A DNA stretch of 61,864 nucleotides, filler included, from Collodictyon triciliatum (taxonomy: Eukaryota): the NCBI GenBank assembly GCA_043381765.1. It is 5 parts of 5 records of this genome, joined end to end, with 100 filler letters (N's around TTAATTAATTAA, not from the genome) between each part and the next. Parts side by side here need not be neighbours in the genome. Positions count along the whole stretch, not along the records: positions 1 to 18,684 come from JBHJMP010000138.1; 4 more parts are not named here. One strand, written 5' to 3'. The position numbers were made by a program, and so were the translations under genes. The notes under the pieces were generated by a model, which saw only the letters and a list, made by a program, of their open reading frames with translations, did no database searches and was not told the DNA's origin. This document shows positions 1-12,828 of this stretch, piece after piece; position 1 is the first letter of the stretch, and the number at the start of each line of letters is the position of its first letter.

Positions 1-499
1 TGAAAAAGGATACGCTATGTCACAAACAAGATGAGTTATTGTTGTGACTAGATCACTAGCTATCTCAAAATGTGGTTTGAAGAGTGCACCTCCAGCACTA
101 TCAGAAACGGTATATAGCGTTAAAAAAAATCAGCGAATCTTGGTACTAGAACAGGAAAGGTTTTAAGTAAAATGGTTGAATTTAATTAAAAGGAATCGTG
201 GTGCCGCACCTCGACGTGTTGTTTGATATGATTGTTTGAACTATGGTTATAAGCTCAGGTATCATTATTCCTTTCCGTATGAGCTTGCTCATCTGCAAGA
301 GTTTATTTTTTCTCAATATGTAGGCAGTCCATAAAACTCCCAGTGCTTTTATGAATTTGGAATCAATATGTAAGACGTACCAATCCACTCTCCAAAATGA
401 AATATATGTGAACGATCTGGACAATTGGTGAGAAATGTTTGAAATCATCCATGGAATGGAGAAAATAGTTCTTTGATTGGAATGTAATAAGTTCTATAA

Positions 500-2600
500 A
501 ATAGAGTTTCCTATTAGATAAGTGAGAAAATGGATGTAGAATATATCACTATGATTAAAAAAATATTATATTCAAGAGACACCTGAAAAGAATAGCAGAA
601 AGCTGTGCATAAAGGTTTTCTCCTTCTTGAGTTTGCCAGACCAATCTCGTAGTTGCCAAGCTGAAAATGCAGAGTCCAGATCGGACATACTTCCCAGTAT
701 AGATGACTACAACAGAGAGGAAACATGAAAAAAAAATGCTTGGGCTAGACCATGCTTTGCTCTAGAAAAATTCGTCTAAATAAAAAAAATTGATGAGAAT
801 ATACTGGTGTGATCAATTCATGATTGTTTCTATTATTCTGAAAACCTTGAGTGTGCTCCAGTAATTTTTTTGGTAGAAATCGAGCTCGAGAACTTCATAA
901 ATTATTTGCATCGATACGATGGTGAGCCTGTGTACGAAAGGTATATTCGAGTTGAAACTAACTGTATCTGCATTTGAAGCGTTGAGAGCGTTGAATTTTT
1001 GAAACCATTCACCAGAGAGGGATAGTAACTTTCCGATTGCTAGGAGCAAAATAGAATCATTTCGGTTTCCTGATATATGCATCAACTTTTTCCTATTTGT
1101 TTTTGAAGAGAGGCAGTGATAAACCACTCCAAGGAGATATAGGGAGGGGTGCTCAGGGTCTAGATTTGCTGACGTTGGGCTACCAAGGTCTAGTTATTGT
1201 ATTGCAAAAGTTACACTTATTTATCCAACAGAATATATTTTTATAATAATAATAATTAATTGGGTATGGAGTGGCGGTTTTTTCCGGTAGTCAGGCAGAA
1301 TCAAAATTTCACCTTTAGATATTTGAGATATAACATAGCAAAAGACTTTCTCGGTTAAAAAGAATAGTATTGGAATGCTACAATCCTGATAATTGCACAT
1401 TAGTTTTATACGAAACCACGTGAAAATATGTCAATTCTGATTGCAAAAACGAAAATATCCAAAAATCAAAAGGGTTATGGACGAGCTCGGGTCATTCAGA
1501 TGATTTATATACATTAAGTTTCTATTCCTTTTGAAGCTAACTTACAGAAAACGATGCTTGGATTGACCTCTCATCCTCTTCATTATAGTTTGGGAATAGC
1601 TCCACCATCACATCAAAAACCACCTTGTTAAAGAAAACAAAGAGGGGATAATACAACACCAAGTATGAAAAAAATTGATGGATATCGTTAATCACAAGAG
1701 GTACGATACATGAAATGTGATATGGTTTATGCTTTAGTATTCAGGTATAAAATCCAGTAGTACACTAATAAATAAAAAAAAATGAGACAGAAAATATGGC
1801 TCACTTGTAGCTCAACAGTTTCGTTTAGCTCTATGGCGATGAGGTTAAGGGTGCGAGGATCCAATTCAGATATGGATGATTCATCGAGCGTTTCCCTACG
1901 TAATCGAGAGAGAAAGATTACATCTTGATACCCAGGAGAAGACATTCATGGATATTGAAATCAGGATGCATGCAAAAGGTTGAAGGTGGATAAGTGAATT
2001 CGAAGAAGAGCTTGAGGAAAAATGAACCGAAGGCTTTGAATGGATCGTGGTGTTCCTGAGGAAGTCGGCCGCGCCACAAACGGACTCTCAGGGACAGAGG
2101 AGAAGAAAGTCACCTTCTTGCGGAAACCCCACATGGCCGATGGTAGGAATCTTCAAGTCAAGAAAAAAATGAAAGAAAAAGGAAAAGAAATAAGGGTAAT
2201 AGGAAATAGGAAATAGGAATAGGAAAAGATTAGAAATAAGCAGAGTTGAGAGTCTATTTGTGAAGAGTAGAGAAGTTATCGATCGAACAAGGTGGGTTGG
2301 GTTTGCTGTGCGAAGCTGGTGTTGTTTGGATCTATGCCGCAGTTGCTGACAAGGTTGCCCAGAACTAGTTTTCCTTCTTTTATTTAAAGGCTCCACGAAC
2401 AGCGATCTGCCAAGTTTTGCTCGATCCGCTGGAGCTCTGATTTCTTCCGGAGGAATACGCGAACAAGACGACCTGTTTCATATCCGGTGCCCTGTTCCCT
2501 TTCGGGTGTTATCTGTTTATGGATAAGGGCTGTAGGCGCCTACCTTCGCTGCTTGACGCCGGATGCTTTTTCGGTGGGGAGATTTCATAGACGACGTAAA
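500..2600 (-). mobile_element. Heavily decayed putative non-LTR (LINE-like) retrotransposon relic
   Basis: No intact ORF or exon chain. Degenerate fragments occur in LINE ORF2 order on the minus strand: LKIPTIGHVG..DFLLLCP*E (~2090-2155, APE endonuclease start-like), LGVVLSPLCFL (~1630-1665, RT QGxxLSPLLF-like) and KHFFFSC (~715-745, zinc-knuckle-like). Boundaries are approximate. Confidence 0.3.
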
Positions 2601-2855
2601 AGGAAGAGAGGGTATGGATGGAAAATAGAAGAGAGCAAAGTAATTAAAAAAAAGTAAATGTTGATGCAAAAGGGACGGTTCACAAACTTCCAGGGATGAT
2701 TATGTGGAAGGAAAGACAGGCAAACACAAAGCCTAAGAAGCACCAAGTGATTAGTACTCGGCCTTTTCCGTAAAAAATTGAATTGCACCCAACGGATGTA
2801 TTTTGTCATTGATTGGTTGATTGATTGATTGATAGATAGATAGATTGATAGATTG

Positions 2856-2963
2856 AGTGAGTGAGTGAGTGAGTGAGTGAATGAGTGAGTGAGTGAGTGA
2901 GTGAGTGAGTGAGTGAGTGAGTGAGTGAGTGAGTGAGTGAGTGAGTGAGTGAGTGAGTGAGTG
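2856..2963 (+). repeat. (GAGT)n microsatellite with flanking GATT/GATA/GATG tracts
   Basis: Directly visible tetranucleotide tandem repeat. Confidence 0.95.
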
Positions 2964-3146
2964 ATGGATAGATAGGTTGAGTGAATGAGTGATGGATGGA
3001 TGGATAGTTGAATGAAAGATTGTTGAGACAGGCTCAACAGCTAAGATTTTTAGAGTTAAAAACAGATAATGAATAGATTTTTGTGGTTTATTTTAGGAAA
3101 CTTCAGTTCACTTTGCTTAAGAGAGCAGGAAAAATTGGAAAGTGAT

Positions 3147-4148
3147 TCAAGGCCCAGCTGCAAGCGATGTCGTCGCATAAACCAACTTGGAAAAAACAGG
3201 TGTGCCATTTCTATCTTGGCGACAATACATACGGTGACACGCGATCCCTTGGGTGAACCCTAGACGCTTGAAGAGGTCAAAGGCTTCGACGTTATAGTCT
3301 GGAACATCCAGCGAAAAAACAGGAGTTTGACCAATTTCGGCAGACACTGCTTTGTTTAGTTCGTGAAGGAGGTACTCTGCGTGAGCCGGGTTTTGTGCAA
3401 TGAGAGGCCCCACACGAACATTGTTTACAGCTGGGCGACAAGCTGCAAATCCAATGAGGCTGTTGTCCTGGGAATCCACAAGGCAGATGGCTTTTGTTCC
3501 AGGGTACGGCCTGGAAATCCACCTGGCCAGAAAGTCTTTCCGAATGGGAATTGAGCAGCCGAAGGCAGCCATGTCAAGTGCGACAATGTCACCCAGAGAG
3601 ACAGAGTCTGCTGGAACAGCTGTGACCGAAGCCGCTATGCCAGCCCTCTGCCTGTCCCACAACGTCGAGTCCAAGCGGCCGATATGGTCTTGAACCAAGA
3701 AGGACGTGCTGAAATGGTACCAACGTTTGTAGCGCTCGACCTGCTCAGGCACGGCGTCCAAGCCCACAGTATCCTGCCCTTCCTTGCCCATGGCTGCTTC
3801 AAACAGAAGCCGGCCGACGCCTTTGCTGCGCCAGTCTGGGCGCACAATGAAGTAGCCGATGAATGAGTAGGTTGGCGAGTGCTCTGTGCGGACGACAATG
3901 CCGACAATGTTTCGAGTCTCCACCCCAGAAAGCTCCTCGTCCTCCGCCTTGGCATCGTACCCGGGCTGTGGAGCCTGGGCGCCCAGATCCATCTCGTTTG
4001 CGATGGCGACAAAGAATCCGTTCGGAGAGGCGAAGCGAAAGAGGTGGTGGTCGCCCATGCCTGGATTCCAGCCCTCTGCGTTGGCCCAGAGGCGGAACAC
4101 GCCTGTCTCCTTCTCGGTTGCTTGGCGGACGGTGATGCGCTCAGGCAT
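3147..4148 (-). CDS. GNAT-family N-acetyltransferase, two-domain YitH/HolE-like, 333 aa, no intron in the CDS
   Basis: Uninterrupted ORF with AEGWNPG..D...F....PNGFFV, the acetyl-CoA motif FIVRPDWRSKGVGRLL, GLDAV..QVERYKR, and a C-terminal domain with RVGPLIA and LDVPDYN. Confidence 0.9.
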   Translation of the reverse strand: MPERITVRQATEKETGVFRLWANAEGWNPGMGDHHLFRFASPNGFFVAIANEMDLGAQAPQPGYDAKAEDEELSGVETRNIVGIVVRTEHSPTYSFIGYFIVRPDWRSKGVGRLLFEAAMGKEGQDTVGLDAVPEQVERYKRWYHFSTSFLVQDHIGRLDSTLWDRQRAGIAASVTAVPADSVSLGDIVALDMAAFGCSIPIRKDFLARWISRPYPGTKAICLVDSQDNSLIGFAACRPAVNNVRVGPLIAQNPAHAEYLLHELNKAVSAEIGQTPVFSLDVPDYNVEAFDLFKRLGFTQGIACHRMYCRQDRNGTPVFSKLVYATTSLAAGP

Positions 4149-5122
4149 GTTCTATCGCGCGGCTTGGTTTGCTTCTTGCGTTTGCGTGTCCAAGTTTCTT
4201 TGGGGGGGAAGCCAACGTGAGTATGTCGGTGATGGCTGTGCGTGTCGCTTTGTGGTTTGCCTCTCCATCTTTAGAAGCAGCTCGAATTGGGTGCGGGTTT
4301 GGTGTGGGAAAGTGGACAAGAAAGTACTGAACAGGAAAATGCTTTTGGTAATTGGAAATAATATTTTTAATATATAATATATGACATATTCGTTGTTACA
4401 CATAAATTTATGCCAGTAGAAATTGAATTGAAAGATTTTTATTATGTTTTCCAGATATAACATACATCCAATTGTGGATTTTATGGCTCAAGGTTGGGAA
4501 CATTGAGGGGCGAGTGGGAATGGCGGTTCCCAGTTGTGCGGGCATCAGGAATTGGGAACGACAGGCAAAGGCCGCCACACGGACACAGGCAAACACCCAC
4601 ATCAACACATACTTAAGCCACCACATCACCGCAGCTTCACCCTTGAGTGATTCCTGCGAACTTGAGGTTGTCAACCGCATCATGAGTCCGTGGCATTCCC
4701 GCACCAGAAGGACAGATGAGAGTCAGCCCTCTGAGGCCTAGGAGAAGGGATGCCCCTCCCAACCGATGAATCTGCGCGACTATGAGGAAGCCCGGGCGGC
4801 CTACAATTATGTAGCATGTTGATTCATCGCACGGGAACGGTTCAGTTAGTGCGCCCCATTGTTTTTCTCTGCTCCTTTTTCTGCCATGGGCGAGATTCCC
4901 TGCGTCACACCCTAACTATAAAGCTTCCAGTGTGTCGAGAGTCAGCCCGGCATTCATGGCCAGTCGCTATGAATCGGCATCTTATCACCACCACTCGCCA
5001 TCAACTTATGCAAAAAAAGGGAAATGAGAACAAGAACGACAAGATGGAGGACAGGATAAGACAACAGCTCCCCTTCACGTAACCTGCCTAAACCTTTATA
5101 GTTTGCCACTCAGCCTACGAAG

Positions 5123-8017
5123 ATGGTGCGCGTTGACGAAGAAGCTGCCCTCATTGACTCTCCCAAGGAGCCCTGGGTTTGTGCCATCCATACGATTAGT
5201 GGTACTTAGCAAATATAATAATAACAAATATGCACTCGCCAATATGTGGGCCACCAAACACTAACAACACGTCGTCTTGCTTGCAGTGGAAGGCAAACAA
5301 GTTCTACTCTCAGTTTGTCTTCCCTTTCACCATCGTTGCCGTGACCATCATCTTTGTCGTCATCTTTGTGCGTAAGTCTGCTCCTTCCCGTAGACCCAAG
5401 ACTGAGCCATAACTTCCCACCCTAAATGCCGCTGACTCACAAACTGCCCTGCCCAGCTGACAGTGGAAGTGACAGCGGAAGTGACCAGCCAGCTACCGGC
5501 CCAAAAAACTTCATCCTGATGATTCCCGACGGCTTCGGCAGCTCTGCCTACTCTGTATGACTATTATTAGCATGAACAGCAACAAGAATCTTTGCCCGTT
5601 CCTTAGCCACTCTTCAAAAGGCTCGATATCTAATCTACGTAATTCTGCATACTTATAGTTTGGCGCATACCGCTACAGAGAAAAGGGTCTCAACTACACC
5701 CTTGACGACTACGTTGTCGGTATGCTCCCTACATCAAAAGCACAAGCAAACAATACACTATCCTTTTCTGTCGCCATCACACGAAAAAGCAGCCGTGTGC
5801 GGGTTTTCTACTTGCCACCAGACACACTCTTTGGCTCAACGCCCAATGCATCTTAGGAAAGTGCCGTACGTTCAGCGCAGACAACCTCATCACGGACTCT
5901 GCTGCTGCCGCAACCGCCCTTGCCTGCGGAGTCAAGACAAACAACGACGTCGTAGGGATGAATGAGAGGCTTGAGAACTGTACAACTGTCTTGGAGTCGG
6001 CCAAAGCCAAGGGCCTCCGAACCGGCCTCGTCGCTTCCAGCCGAATCACCCACGCCACTCGTAAGTCTCTTCCATATGCCTCGCAAGCTTCACTATTCCG
6101 TTGCCGCAGGGGAACAATATGTCTTCGACTCCCGTAGTCTAACAACACACTGTTGCCTGTCTCAGTAGAACTCAAGACGCAACACCTATCTTTTTTTTAT
6201 TTTTATCAAAAAACAAGAAAAAACTCATTGTTCGTCCATTCCCAGCTGCCGGTTTCTCAGCCCATGTCGAAGACCGCGACCTGGAGCAAGAAATCGCCAG
6301 ACAGCAGGTTGACCTTCGAGTAGACGTCTTGTTTGGCGGTGGCCTTCGTGAGTTTGACGTCATTTACAAAGGCGAGAACACTCTTGATGTTGCCGAAAGG
6401 AACGGCTACACAACGGCTCTTAATCTTGAACAGCTCACCGCCCTCAACGTATGTCTTTCGCGCCCAGATGTGAACGACTTATAGTCGCAACACAAACACG
6501 AACTTATTGCCTTGCCTCTTAACTCCAAATCACGTTCTATTGCATCTGTGTACCTCTCCCTGACGAACCTTGCATTCGAAAGAATCTCCCTGCCATCGGT
6601 CTTTTCTCCAGCAGTCACATCCCCTTCAAGATTGACCGAACTGCCGGCTCCGTCTCACTTGTTGATATGACCAGCAAGGTAACTTTGGCAATCTCCAAGT
6701 TTATCAAATATTTCCTTCAGGATTGCGCTTGAACATCCCAACCTTGTGCCCGAGGCTTGTTTGGCAGATTCTAACAGACTCTGGGTGTCATTATATCATA
6801 CCCTCAGGCCCTTGAGCTTCTGAACAATGGGAACGAGAACGGATTCTTCCTCATGGTGGAAGGCTCCCGCATTGACCAAGCAGGCCATGACAACGATGCA
6901 GCAGCGATGTCTGGCGAAATATTTGAGTTCGAAGAGACCGTTCGACTCGTCATGAAGTTTGCCAAGTGAGTAGCCGCCTCGCAGTCATCCCTCGAGCTTG
7001 AAAATTACTTGAAAACTCAGAAGGCCATATGGAATTTATAACGAAGCCATTCCATGCTGCCCTGTTGAATCGCCCGACCTTCTTGTCTTATGTGCAAACG
7101 ACGATACAATAGGGACAACCCTGCCACACAAGTCGTCATTGTCGCCGACCATGAAACCGGAGGCTTCAGCTTGGGCTCTGGCTATCTAAGGGACAAATTC
7201 TGGAACCCTAACTGTAAAGCTAATTCCCTCACCTTCACCACATAACTGCGCTCTCGTAGTCAAATTTTTCTCATACCTTTCATTTGATTAAACCACCGCA
7301 AACGTATATAGTTGTTGACCAAGTCTCCAACTCTGCCCAATTCATGTATGACACCCTTATTGACGACGTCGCGCTGAACCCTGCCACCTACTTCTTGGAC
7401 GTCACCGGCATCACCCTAAGCGCGGAGGAAGCCACTGAGTTCGAAACACTTGTCACGACTGCACGGTAAAAGCGAACACTCCTGCACATCTAGTTGAATC
7501 CAAACCATGTGACTGCCAGCACAGCGTTATGTATATGGCTTGTCGGTCTAACCCAGTTGGTGATGTCTAGCAATACGGATGGTTCCAACGAGGACGAGGT
7601 CGTTTTCTGGATTGGCATCCGCGTAAGCAAGGAGGCAAACCTTGGGTAAGAGCTGCTCTCCTCTACTTCGCAAGGCCACATCGAACCCCAAACTTCTCCA
7701 TTTCCTTCTGCTTGGAAAAGACATCTACCCACATACCTTGAAACATCATGACCGTCCTTTTCTTTGCGTATTGCGACTTGCGCTATCTAGCATCCTGAGA
7801 GTCAGACCTTTTATTGCCCTCTTTGCTCTTCTCCTTGCTCTCCTCCTAACTGAGATATCCGTGACGCAGTTGGACAAGCGACGAGCACACGTCGACAGAT
7901 GTCGAGATCTTTGCCTACGGGCCCCAGACCGATGTCTACCGCGGCTTCCACGACAACACAAACATCCCCAAGGCCATATCCGCATATCTCGAGCTCGGCC
8001 TCTTCGATGGAAACTAA
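5123..8017 (+). CDS. Alkaline phosphatase (PhoA/Pho8-type) with N-terminal membrane anchor, ~12 exons
   Basis: GT-AG exons join to give MVRVDEEAAL..., a TM segment (FVFPFTIVAVTIIFVVIFV), KNFILMIPDGFG, catalytic ITDSAAAATALACGVKT, TGLVASSRITHATPAGFSAH, FFLMVEGSRIDQAGHDND, VVIVADHETGG and EHTSTDVEIFAYGP, ending in TAA at 8015-8017. Confidence 0.95.
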
Positions 8018-8307
8018 CCATATCTTTATTTCTTTCCGCAAAAGAAACCCGTACCCTTTAATCGTGCACACCCTGCCGCCCAAAGCAACATAAAACCGCA
8101 CCAATCACAACGCCCGTTATTATCGTCCACCCGCAGCGGTCTGTTCTTCTGTCGCAGCACAATCCCGAGATCTTTGATCGCATCGAAGAGAAAGAAAATA
8201 AAAGGAAAGAGAAAGAGAATGAAAATAGAGGCAAACCACAGCGAACACCCACAAGAAGGATCTCTGTCAGGTCGCCCGAGTCGCGCGTGTGCAAAGCTTC
8301 AGCCCCG

Positions 8308-10342
8308 ATGGCCAGGAAGCAGGTGCCGAGCTTGCAGGAAGGGCTCTCGTTCGCCAGCGAGGTTTGATTTCTTCTGACGGCGCACAACCCTGCTGCTTGT
8401 TGCTGAGGCTCTTGTCGCCCGCCGTAGCTGAGCCACACCTTCCAGAGCCAGCAGAGCCCCTACGCGGACCACATCCGCACTGTGGATCAGGATACAGTGG
8501 AGGATGCTTTGCCACATGCTTTTTCCGTACCGCCTTTCGGCTCCCGCACAGAGCAGGCCCTTCGTGCTTCGTCCAGGCAGCATGTGCGCACTGTTACTGC
8601 CGGCCACTCTCTTCTCTTCGTTTCTTTGCCTCGAAGGGAAACAAAAGGAAACAAAAGAAAAACAAAAGAAAAACAAAAGAAAAACAAAAGAAAAACAAAA
8701 GAAAAACAAAAGAAAAACAAAAGAAAAACAAAAGAAAAACAAAAGAAAAACAAAAGAGAACAAAAGAAAAGTTGGCGCTCGTAATCTCATGCATGATTCC
8801 TCAGATTGGTTTTTGTCGAAAGCCTAATAAAAGCAATTATTTCACAGGCGCAAAAGTCTACTTCGTACGGAGTCCCTCTCCATAGATCATCTAGAGAGCT
8901 CGCAAAGGAACCACCGTCATACAGCCCGCCAGGTGGATACCAGAGAGGGATGCTACAAAATTCAGGAGACCGAGAGAAATCTGAGCCGGAGGAAAGCTAC
9001 GAGCTTTTTGAAAACAGCGGGACAATGAGTCCGACAACATCTCTTGGGACAGAGGGCAATGTCATCGCCGAACAGCAAGCGGAGCTCAACCGACTGATAT
9101 CTGAAAAGGCGCAAATTATCAATGAAAAAGATATACTGCGCCAAGACCTTGGAAAGCTAAAGCAAGAGCGGGATATGCAACGACGACTTGTGCGTGGGAA
9201 AGAGGAAGACCTTCGTAAAGAAATAGAACGATTGCAAATACAGAACAGACTATTGGATTCGTCATCTATTCAGCTTCCTGTGCGTCCCCAGCCTGAACTT
9301 TGTGTCGACTGCCACACAGCGGAGGTTGGAAAACAACATATGTTTTTTTTTCTTCCAAGAGATAAAAAAGGAGCATTTGTCATACTTTCTCTAAATATAC
9401 AAATAGTTGCTTCGTATAGTTATGATAGTTGCAATTACGTATATTAATTCTAAAGCAAAATGATTCTCGAAAAATTAGCTCTTGCGGGAGGAAACACTAA
9501 AATTGAAGAAACAAAACCAGTTTCTAACAGACCAAATCAAAATCATATCGCATGAGTGTCAGAGATACAAAGAGCAAATACAAATTGCAAATATTTCAAT
9601 CGATACGTTACGAAATGAACTTAGCCAGTACGTAGATGAAGTTGTTTTATCAGATACAGCAATCAGGTCCGATCGATCCAGGTAATTTATTATAATTATT
9701 ATTATTTACTGTAATTTTGCAAGTACCTATCGTCTTACTATTAATATACATCTTTGCGATAAAACAAACCAAGAGAAAAATATAGTCAGCAGTGCAGAAT
9801 ATATTTGGTTATTTGGTCAAGAATCGTATAAGATGATTTTCTGCCTTCAATTCTAATAACCATATGACCATCTGACACCTATCCAAGCAATACCGCAGAC
9901 TTGAAAATTATGTCGTTGAGCAATCAACTCGAATCAGTGACAAAAGAAAAAGAAGACATATCATCTCTCTTACAAACTGCTATTCAAAAACTCGAAGAGA
10001 GACCCAATACTCAAGTAAATATCAAAATATATTCATGTTTGAATCAAATATCGATGATATCCATGGATTAAAACCAGCTCTTCATTTTTGTTTGCTTTTT
10101 CATGTATAAGGAATATACGACTTCTCCACACACTCACATCATATTGAATTATTTGCTCTATCATCAGGAAGAACTACAAAGAATTAATGAGGCCCTCTCT
10201 AGATGCCAAAGTTCTGAGGAAAAGAAAAGGCTTGAATTGCAAACAGCTCAATTTCAAATAAAACAGCTAAAAGATACCGAAGCCAGTCTTAGGGTAATTG
10301 CATAACCACGTTTTCTTTTGAATCATTCAAATAAACTGACTA

Positions 10343-10385
<43 letters not shown>

Positions 10386-12759
10386 ATATTTCTCTTTTAT
10401 TATTTTTCTTTTTTTATTTTATNNNNNNNNNNNNNNNNNNNNNNNNNNNNNNNNNNNNNNNNNNNNNNNNNNNNNNNNNNNNNNNNNNNNNNNNNNNNNN
10501 NNNNNNNNNNNNNNNNNNNNNNTTTTTTTTTAAAAAAAAAAAAAAGGCTGAGATCGAAAGGAAAGATAATAGAATCCAAACCCTTTCGGAGAATTTGCAT
10601 AATAGTTTAGATTTTCGATATGACCCTTCGGTGGTGGATTCTCGCAGTGACATGGGCAATAGATTTGTGTGCGATTTGTCATACTTAAATTCGAGCAGAG
10701 ACTCATATTTCTGTAACTTAGACGACAATACATCTTAGTATTCATATTTTCATAGGTTTTTCATATATTTTCCATTGAAGTATTTTATTTCCAGGGGTGA
10801 TATCCAATCTGGCGCTATTGAAAACGAGAAACTAAGACAGATGCTTTCAGCATCTGAAACAAAAAACAGAGGACTTGTAGATAAAAACAAGGTCAGTACT
10901 TTGTTACGATTGACTGTATTGAATACTCATTTTCGCACTTATTCTGACATGACTGGTAAACATTCTCAAATTGTCTCCAAATATATTCACGCATAGGAAT
11001 TATATAAGCAAAATCGTCACATGACCGACCAACTTAAGAAACTCAACGAACTTATTTCGAAGCAAACTGATGAGCTTTCTGAGCAGCGAATTCGACTACA
11101 AATGTACTCGTCTGAGATAACAGAGTTAAAAGAAAATGGAATCAGCGGGCGCGAAAGCGAGCTTTTTGCCCTCGTCTCTGAAAGTTCAGGAGGCAAAAAA
11201 GCTCCAAATACCCCTCAAAAATCTCTTGCCATCGCCTATCAGGTTTCCTTTCCTTTCCTTTCCTTTCCTTTTTTTTTTGGAATCCAAATCGGTTAAAACT
11301 CTTTTAATCCAGCCGCCATAACTAGAAGCTCTCCTCTAATTTTTCCTTTACATGAATACATATATCATTTCTTTTTTTCTATCCAGAGAAATAAAGAAAT
11401 ATTGCTTCAATGCTTGGAAAAAGAGAGGCGTGAATACCAGCAGCAGATCGCCTCTCTAGAGAAGCAACTTCAGGCAGTTACAAATGATGTTTCTAGACCA
11501 GGAGAGTCTCCATCACAACAAAATCCAGAAGATTTGCGATTGCAAAATCCTCCAGAGAATTCTTCGCTTCTTCACTTGGAGAGTCACGCACCACTGGCTG
11601 ACAGTTTGCAAACACCTTTTCCTAGCCGAAGTACGACCCATCTGAATGGAAAAGAAGACTCACAACCCATTTCAAAATATTCTTCATCCATACCTAAGGT
11701 TACTCCTATAGCGAGTGAATTAATTGTCCCCAGTACCCCTGCTCATACCACAGGAAGGAAAAATCGCACTAAAGAAAGCTCAACTGAGCTTCAACACAAA
11801 CTCAAGACACTCGAACTCATCGCTGCGCGGACGTATGAATTTATGTCCCACCTCAAGACTCAGGGTATCGCTTTCCCTTCAAAAATTCAGTCCAAAATCA
11901 TGCAAATCAACAAGCTGATAGAGAGTCTAGAGTTTGCCTCCAAATCACCACTGAGCGAAGGAAGTGGAGGGCCATTGAGGGCTGATGATGCATCTCCTAG
12001 AGGTATTGGGATGCCCCCTCTTCACGCGAAACACAGCAGTATCACCGCCACTTCGAGACTCATGCCGATTTCAGGCCAAGAGAATCCAATATCATCCATT
12101 CCTTCTTCTACAAACTACGCTCAATACTTACCCATTCATCAGTCCGTCGGAAATGAATGTCACTTCTTGCGTGAAAAACTTCAAATAGCAGAATTGCATT
12201 TTAGAGAGGCCTTGTCAGAGAGAGAAAAGTGGTTGAAACAGCTATTCCAACTGAGTTCTCTGCTCCACCAATTGAACCAGGTCTTGCAATCCAAACAAGA
12301 AAAAATACAAGAGATACAGCCGCTTCAAACTCTCCTGCGAACACTGGAACAACTGTTGAGATATGAGTCGTTGTCTGATGCCAAGATTGATCCATACTTG
12401 CAGAATCACTTGATATCATCTAGCACTTTTGTATCTGATGCAATGCGCTCTCGAGAAACTGTTTTTCAGGTGGAGGACCTTGTTCGATTACAACAACACA
12501 TTAGAAAACTGGCACAGCTTTTTGAGCGAATGTTACATTGTTGCTCGATTAGCGATGACCTCCATGATCTTGCCCCATATGTTCGTGCAGATACAAAAGG
12601 GTTCGAAAAAGAGTATGAACGCCTAAGAATCAACATAGCCGAATTATTACAATTAAAGCCGAAAAAAATGGAGCCCAAAGATACCGTGGATACCTCATTT
12701 AGAGATTTGTCATTGAAAATTGAGAGAGATACCCTGGCTAGTAAATTGGCTGAGGTTTT

Positions 12760-12828
<69 letters not shown>

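Noticed and set aside
3363..4377. Several plus-strand ORFs overlapping the GNAT gene
   Set aside because: Antisense shadows caused by high GC content.
8289..8885. Many ORFs made of repeated K/F/L/I/N/SL/VI units here and elsewhere (e.g. 14228, 15111, 32112, 39916, 45714, 59912)
   Set aside because: They are translations of intronic or intergenic microsatellites and N runs.
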